Origin: an uncultured Burkholderiaceae bacterium
Lineage (GTDB): Bacteria; Pseudomonadota; Gammaproteobacteria; Burkholderiales; Burkholderiaceae_C
Direction: 5' to 3'
DNA: 64,000 nucleotides
NCBI GenBank assembly: GCA_964389235.1
Contig: CAYMDM010000003.1
Location: forward strand, 24,252 to 88,251
In this document: positions 57,636 through 64,000 of the stretch, one piece after another
How the letters are laid out: every line of letters begins with the position of its first letter
Numbering within the stretch: position 1 is the stretch's first letter
Position numbers and translations under genes: made by a program
Notes under the pieces: model-generated
Databases searched by the model: none
The model's input: the letters and a program-made list of their open reading frames with translations, nothing else
Told to the model about the DNA's origin: nothing

Positions 57636-59153
57636 TCAGCGCCGCCGCCCGCCCAGCAGGCCGCCGAGCACGCCGCGGATGATTTCTCGGCCGACGGTGC
57701 TGCCGATGGAGCGGGCGGCCGACTTGGCCAGCGTTTCGAGCACCGAGTCCTTGCGGCCTGAGCCGCGCGCCAGGCCGCCGAGGGAGTCGCCAAGCCAGCC
57801 GCCGCTGCTGCCGGGCGGCGCGGACTTGGGCGATTCGCCCGTAGTTGCGGGCGTTGCGTCGCCTCCAGCGGCGGGGTTTTCCACCCGGCCTTTGAGCCGC
57901 TCGTAGGCCGACTCGCGGTCGACCGTTTTGTCGTAGACCCCGGCGACCAGGGACCTCGCCAGCAGCGCCTGCCGCTCTTCGGCGCTGATCGGGCCGATGC
58001 GCCCGCCGGGCGCGAGCATCCACACCCGCTCGGTCGGCAGCGGCCGGCCCTTTTCGTCGAGCAGCGACACCAGCGCCTCGCCAGTGGCCAGCTCGGTGAT
58101 GGCTTGCGCGATGTCCAGCGGCGGGTTCGGGCGCATGGTGTCGGCCGCCGTTTTCACCGCTTTCTGGTCGCGCGGGGTATAGGCGCGCAGCGCGTGCTGG
58201 ATGCGGTTGCCCAGTTGCCCGAGCACGCTGTCGGGCACATCGAGCGGGTTCTGCGTGATGAAGTACACGCCCACGCCCTTGGAGCGGATCAGCCGCACCA
58301 CCTGCTCGACTTTTTCCAACAGCGGCTTGGGCGCGTCGTTGAACAGCAGATGCGCCTCGTCGAAAAAAAACACCAGCTTGGGTTGCTCGGGGTCGCCGAC
58401 TTCGGGCAGACGGTCGAACAGCTCGGACAGCAGCCACAGCAGAAAGGTCGCGTACAGCCGCGGCGACTGGTAGAGCTTGTCGGCGGCGAGGATGTTGACC
58501 ACGCCGCGGCCGTCCACCGTCTGCATCAGGTCGGCGATGTCGAGCATCGGCTCGCCGAAGAATTTGTCGGCACCCTGTGCCTCCAGCGCCAGCAGGCCGC
58601 GCTGGATGGCGCCGACGCTGGCCGCGCTGATGTTGCCGTATTCGGTGGTGAAGCTCGCCGCGTTGTCTCCCACCTCCTGCAGCATCGCGCGCAGGTCTTT
58701 GAGGTCGATCAGCAACAGGCCGTAGTCGTCGGCGATCTTGAACACCAGGTTGAGCACCCCGGTCTGCGTCTCGTTGAGCTGCAGCAACCGGGCGAGCAGC
58801 AGCGGCCCCATGTCGGAAATGGTCGCGCGCACCGGATGGCCCTGCTCGCCGAACATGTCCCACAGCGTCACCGGGCAGGCGGCGAACTGCGGCTCGGGCA
58901 GCCCCAGGGTCTTGAGCCGCTCGGCCAGCTTGGGGCTGAGGCTGCCCGGCTGCGAGATGCCGGTCAGGTCGCCCTTGACGTCGGCCATGAATACCGGGGT
59001 GCCGATGCGCGAAAAGCCTTCGGCCAGCAGTTGCAGGCTGACGGTCTTGCCGGTGCCGGTGGCGCCGGTGATCAGGCCGTGGCGGTTGGCCAGACGCGGC
59101 AGCAGCTGGCAGGTGACGTCGCCGTGGCGGGCAATGACGATGGGTTCGGGCAT
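57636..59153 (-). CDS. DUF853 / HerA-like P-loop ATPase (YjgR family)
   Basis: Internal ATG 59153 gives [12 protein letters not shown]...[13 protein letters not shown] (Walker A) and ...[12 protein letters not shown] (Walker B). Confidence 0.85.
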   Translation of the reverse strand: MPEPIVIARHGDVTCQLLPRLANRHGLITGATGTGKTVSLQLLAEGFSRIGTPVFMADVKGDLTGISQPGSLSPKLAERLKTLGLPEPQFAACPVTLWDMFGEQGHPVRATISDMGPLLLARLLQLNETQTGVLNLVFKIADDYGLLLIDLKDLRAMLQEVGDNAASFTTEYGNISAASVGAIQRGLLALEAQGADKFFGEPMLDIADLMQTVDGRGVVNILAADKLYQSPRLYATFLLWLLSELFDRLPEVGDPEQPKLVFFFDEAHLLFNDAPKPLLEKVEQVVRLIRSKGVGVYFITQNPLDVPDSVLGQLGNRIQHALRAYTPRDQKAVKTAADTMRPNPPLDIAQAITELATGEALVSLLDEKGRPLPTERVWMLAPGGRIGPISAEERQALLARSLVAGVYDKTVDRESAYERLKGRVENPAAGGDATPATTGESPKSAPPGSSGGWLGDSLGGLARGSGRKDSVLETLAKSAARSIGSTVGREIIRGVLGGLLGGRRR

Positions 59154-59280
59154 CGGTGTAGTCCTCGTTCTCGGGGGCTGCGGAGCGCGCAACGCCTGGG
59201 GGACGCACCCCTAGAATCCAGTCTATCAACCGCCTGCGGCAAGGCCGCAGCGCAACGACATCGCAGGAGCTCCACACATC

Positions 59281-60003
59281 ATGGCCGGACATTCCAAATG
59301 GGCCAATATCCAGCATCGCAAAGGCCGCCAGGACGAAAAGCGCGGCAAGATCTGGACCAAGATCATTCGTGAAATTTCCGCCGCTGCGCGCCTGGGCGGC
59401 GGCGACCCCGGCGCCAACCCGCGGCTGCGGCTGGCAATCGACAAGGCCAAGGCGGCCAATATGCCCGCCGATACCATCAAGAAAAACATCGACAAGGCCA
59501 CGGGCGCGCTCGAAGGCGTGAACTACGAGGAAATCCGCTATGAAGGTTACGGCGTCGGCGGGGCGGCGCTGATCATCGACTGCCTGACCGACAACCGGGT
59601 GCGCACCGTTGCCGAAGTGCGGCACGCGCTGTCCAAGCACGGCGGCAACCTCGGCACCGAAGGCTCGGTGGCATTCCAGTTCAGGCATGTCGGGCAACTG
59701 GTGTTCGCACCGGGCACCTCCGAAGACAAGGTGATGGACGTCGCGCTCGAAGCCGGCGCCGATGACGTGATCAGCGACGACGACGGCGCGATCGAAGTGC
59801 TCACCGCGCCGGCGCAGTTCGAGGCGGTGCGCGACGCGCTGGCCAAGGCGGGGCTGACGCCCGAAGTCGCGCAGGTCACGATGCGCCCCGAAAACAGCGT
59901 CGAACTCAGCGGCGAGGACGCGGTGCGCATGCAGAAAATCATTGACCTGCTCGAAGACCTCGACGACGTGCAGGAGGTCTACCACAACGCCGTGTTCGCG
60001 TAA
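59281..60003 (+). CDS. YebC/PmpR-family DNA-binding transcriptional regulator
   Basis: [32 protein letters not shown]...; 240 aa. Confidence 0.95.
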   Translation: MAGHSKWANIQHRKGRQDEKRGKIWTKIIREISAAARLGGGDPGANPRLRLAIDKAKAANMPADTIKKNIDKATGALEGVNYEEIRYEGYGVGGAALIIDCLTDNRVRTVAEVRHALSKHGGNLGTEGSVAFQFRHVGQLVFAPGTSEDKVMDVALEAGADDVISDDDGAIEVLTAPAQFEAVRDALAKAGLTPEVAQVTMRPENSVELSGEDAVRMQKIIDLLEDLDDVQEVYHNAVFA

Positions 60004-60014
60004 GGCGCTGCAAC

Positions 60015-61298
<1,284 letters not shown>

Positions 61299-61310
61299 GC
61301 ACACCCTGCG

Positions 61311-61339
61311 AGCGGCGAAAGTCAGCCGCTTTTCGGCTG
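61311..61339. terminator. weak overlapping hairpins between convergent purD and the oxoprolinase gene
   Basis: AGCGGC-gaaagtca-GCCGCT followed by TTTC. The alternative is CAGCCG-ctttt-CGGCTG. Confidence 0.35.
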
Positions 61340-61399
61340 CACTCGTTGCGGCGGCTCGGCCAGCGCCGAGGGGGCAAACGCAGTGACCGCCTGCGTTTA

Positions 61400-64000
61400 T
61401 CAGTCTTCCCGCGCCCCGTAACCTCCCCCTCCCGGCGTTTCGATCACGAACACATCGCCTCGCTGCACGTCCACACTGGCGCAACCGGACAGCGGCTCGA
61501 CCGTGCCGTCTACTCGCTCGACGCGGTTGATCCCCAGCGCCCCGGGGGCGCCGCCGTGCAGCCCGAAAGCGGGCACGCGGCGGTTGTTGGACAGGATGCT
61601 CGCGGTCATCGGCTGCAGAAAGCGGATGCGGCGGATGCCGCCGTCGCCGCCGCGCCAGCGGCCGGCGCCACCCGAGCCGGGGCGAAAGCCGAACGATTCC
61701 AGCCGCACCGGGTAGCGCCACTCCAGCACCTCGGGGTCGGTGAGCCTCGAGTTGGTCATGTGCGCCTGCACCATCGACGCGCCGTCGAACCCTCCGACCC
61801 TGCGCCCTTGCGCGTCGAACAACGCGCCAGCGCCCGAGCCGCCGGCGATGGTTTCGTAGTACTGCCGCTCTTCGTCGCCGAAGGTGAAGTTGTTCATCGT
61901 GCACTGGCTGGCCGCCTGCACGCCCAGAGCGCCGAACAAGGCGTTGACCACGCACATGCTGGTTTCGACGTTGCCGGCGACCACCGCCGCCGGCGGCTGC
62001 GGGTCGAGCAGCGACCCCGGCGGCACGATCACCCGCAGGGGCTTCAAGCAGCCGGCGTTGAGCGGAATGTCGGCATCGACCAGGCAGCGGAACACATACA
62101 GCACCGCCGCCGTCGTGATGGCGCGCGGGGCGTTGAAATTGTCCGGGCGCTGCGGCGAGGTGCCGGTGAAGTCGATCTCGGCCTGTCGCTTCTCCCGATC
62201 GACGCGGATGGCCACGCAGATCGCCGCGCCGCTGTCGAGTTCGAGCCGGAACTGGCCATCGTGCAGCGCGCCGATCACCTGCCGCACCGCGGCTTCGGCG
62301 TTGTCCTGGACGTGCTGCATGTAGGCGCGCACCACGTCCAGCCCGAACTCGTCGACCAGCCGCCGCAGCTCCCGCACCCCGCGCGCGTTGGCGGCGATCT
62401 GCGCCTGCAAATCGGCCAGGTTCTGCTGCGGGTTGCGCGCCGGGTGCGGACCACTTTGCAGCTTCTGCAGGATCTCGGCTTCGCGCAGCACCCCGCCGCG
62501 CACCAGCAGCAGGTTGTCCAGCACCACGCCCTCGTCGTCGATATGGCGGGAAAACGGCGGCATCGACCCGGGGGTGAGCCCGCCGATGTCGGCATGGTGG
62601 CCGCGCGAGGCGACGAAAAACAGCAGCTCGCGCCCGGCCGCGTCAAACACCGGGGTGACCACGGTCACGTCCGGCAGATGGGTGCCGCCGTGATACGGGT
62701 CGTTGAGCACGTAGACGTCGCCCGGTTGCATCTGCCCGGCGTTGCGCTGCGCGACGGTACGGATGCTCTCGCCCATCGACCCCAGATGCACCGGCATGTG
62801 CGGAGCGTTGGCGATGAGCTGGCCCTGCGCGTCGAACAGCGCGCAGGAAAAATCCAGCCGCTCCTTGATGTTGACCGACACCGCGGTGTGCTGCAGTTGC
62901 GCGCCCATCTGCTCGGCGATGTGCATGAAGCGGTGGTTGAACATCTCCAGCCGCACCGGGTCGAGGTCGGTCGGTAGTTGCGCGCGCTGCCGCGGCACAC
63001 AGCGGAGCAGTTCCAGATGGCCGCCGTCGCGCGCGACTGCGCGCCAGCCCGGCGCGACCCACACCGTCGTGCCGGGCGCGGCGATCAGCGCCGGCCCGTC
63101 AATCGCCTGCCCCGGCTGCGCCTGCGCGCGGTCGACCCATGGCGCCTCGACCCACCCCTGCCCATCGAACACCGCCAGCCGCTGCGCCACCGGCATCTCG
63201 CCCGCAGCAGCGCCCGCCGCCGGCACCTGCGGCTCGCTGCCGGCGCCACCGCTGGCCTGCACCGCCACCGCTTCGATCACCAGATCGCGCCCCGGCAAGG
63301 TGTGGCCGAATCGCTGCGCATACTCGCGCTCGAATGCCGTGTGCAGCAAGTCACTGGCATCGAGCGCAAACGCCAGCGCGGTGTCGCTGCCGGCGTAGCG
63401 CAGATGCACCTGTTGCTGCACACGTACGGCCTCGCCTCTCACCCCAAGGGTTTCGATTTCGGCCACCGCCTGCGCCTGCAACTGCGCCAGCAGCGGTTGC
63501 AGCGACTGCAGCGCGGCGTCGCGCAGCGGCTGCTCGACACTCTGCAGCTTCAGCGCCGACTGCTCGGCCAGCCCCATGCCGTACGCCGACAGCACCCCGG
63601 CATGGCGGTGGATGAACACCCGTTCCATGCCCAGCGCATCGGCCACCGCGCAGGCGTGCTGTGCCCCGGCACCGCCAAAGCACTGCAGGGTGTAGCGGGC
63701 AACGTCGCGGCCGCGGGCGATGGAAATGCGGGCAATCGCCCCGGCCATCGCCGCCACCGCGATGTCGATGCAGCCCTGCGCCAGCGTCTCGGCGCTGTGC
63801 GTGCTGCCCGTGGCGGCGTTGACCTGCTGCGCCAGCGCAGCAAAGCGCTCGCGCACCACGGCCTCGTCCAGAGGCGCGTCGCCCCCCGGGCCGAACACCG
63901 CCGGGAAGTGCGCGGCGCGCACCCGGCCGAGCAGCACATTGGCATCGGTCAGGGTCAGCGGCCCGCCGCGCCGGTAGCAGGCCGGGCCGGGGTTGGCACC
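61400..64000 (-). CDS. fused hydantoinase A/B - 5-oxoprolinase family protein, C-terminal ~865 aa (N-terminus outside window)
   Basis: The frame stays open to base 64000 (...[27 protein letters not shown] upstream of the first Met in the track). The HyuB-type C-terminal half carries ...[11 protein letters not shown]... Confidence 0.85.
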   Translation of the reverse strand, partial: GANPGPACYRRGGPLTLTDANVLLGRVRAAHFPAVFGPGGDAPLDEAVVRERFAALAQQVNAATGSTHSAETLAQGCIDIAVAAMAGAIARISIARGRDVARYTLQCFGGAGAQHACAVADALGMERVFIHRHAGVLSAYGMGLAEQSALKLQSVEQPLRDAALQSLQPLLAQLQAQAVAEIETLGVRGEAVRVQQQVHLRYAGSDTALAFALDASDLLHTAFEREYAQRFGHTLPGRDLVIEAVAVQASGGAGSEPQVPAAGAAAGEMPVAQRLAVFDGQGWVEAPWVDRAQAQPGQAIDGPALIAAPGTTVWVAPGWRAVARDGGHLELLRCVPRQRAQLPTDLDPVRLEMFNHRFMHIAEQMGAQLQHTAVSVNIKERLDFSCALFDAQGQLIANAPHMPVHLGSMGESIRTVAQRNAGQMQPGDVYVLNDPYHGGTHLPDVTVVTPVFDAAGRELLFFVASRGHHADIGGLTPGSMPPFSRHIDDEGVVLDNLLLVRGGVLREAEILQKLQSGPHPARNPQQNLADLQAQIAANARGVRELRRLVDEFGLDVVRAYMQHVQDNAEAAVRQVIGALHDGQFRLELDSGAAICVAIRVDREKRQAEIDFTGTSPQRPDNFNAPRAITTAAVLYVFRCLVDADIPLNAGCLKPLRVIVPPGSLLDPQPPAAVVAGNVETSMCVVNALFGALGVQAASQCTMNNFTFGDEERQYYETIAGGSGAGALFDAQGRRVGGFDGASMVQAHMTNSRLTDPEVLEWRYPVRLESFGFRPGSGGAGRWRGGDGGIRRIRFLQPMTASILSNNRRVPAFGLHGGAPGALGINRVERVDGTVEPLSGCASVDVQRGDVFVIETPGGGGYGARED

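Overview
This is a high-GC chromosome segment (roughly two-thirds G+C by eye, not computed). Gene content and synteny look betaproteobacterial, possibly Rhodocyclales/Burkholderiales-like, but that assignment is inference only. The left ~35 kb is core genome. It holds the tail of a Liv-type ABC importer, rnfH-ratA facing smpB, a LolC/E-family permease, a WecA/MraY-type transferase and a NUDIX hydrolase. The complete 14-gene NADH:quinone oxidoreductase operon nuoA-N follows on the minus strand (7.6-22.4 kb), preceded by tpiA-secG-tRNA-Leu(GAG). After that come a quinone oxidoreductase, pnp-rpsO, an Hsp20 gene, tsaD, a few small accessory genes and glnS. The stand-out region is 35.8-56.9 kb. It is a ~21-kb, ~23-gene locus that I read as a xanthomonadin-type aryl-polyene (type II PKS) lipid-pigment cluster. 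It encodes 2 ACPs, 2 full ketosynthases, a Cys-less chain-length-factor-like KS, 3 hotdog dehydratases, a FabG-type reductase and an aryl-acid AMP ligase. It also encodes an FkbO/XanB2-type chorismatase, a flavin halogenase with the WxWxIP motif, a SAM methyltransferase, LpxL- and PlsC-type acyltransferases, a GT2 and a NodB deacetylase. A LolA-like carrier, an MMPL exporter and a MipA/OmpV outer-membrane protein complete the export side. Unusual extras are a divergent ACP-KS-PAP2-dehydratase arm and a CPA2 antiporter wedged between the two halves. The right edge carries a small Pro/Tyr-rich secreted protein, a DUF853/HerA-like ATPase, a YebC-family regulator, purD and the 3' part of a fused hydantoinase/5-oxoprolinase. 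I found no CRISPR array, rRNA, transposase or integrase. Most of the very long ORFs in the supplied track are antisense or off-frame shadow ORFs typical of high-GC DNA, and several track ORFs need shorter internal start codons.
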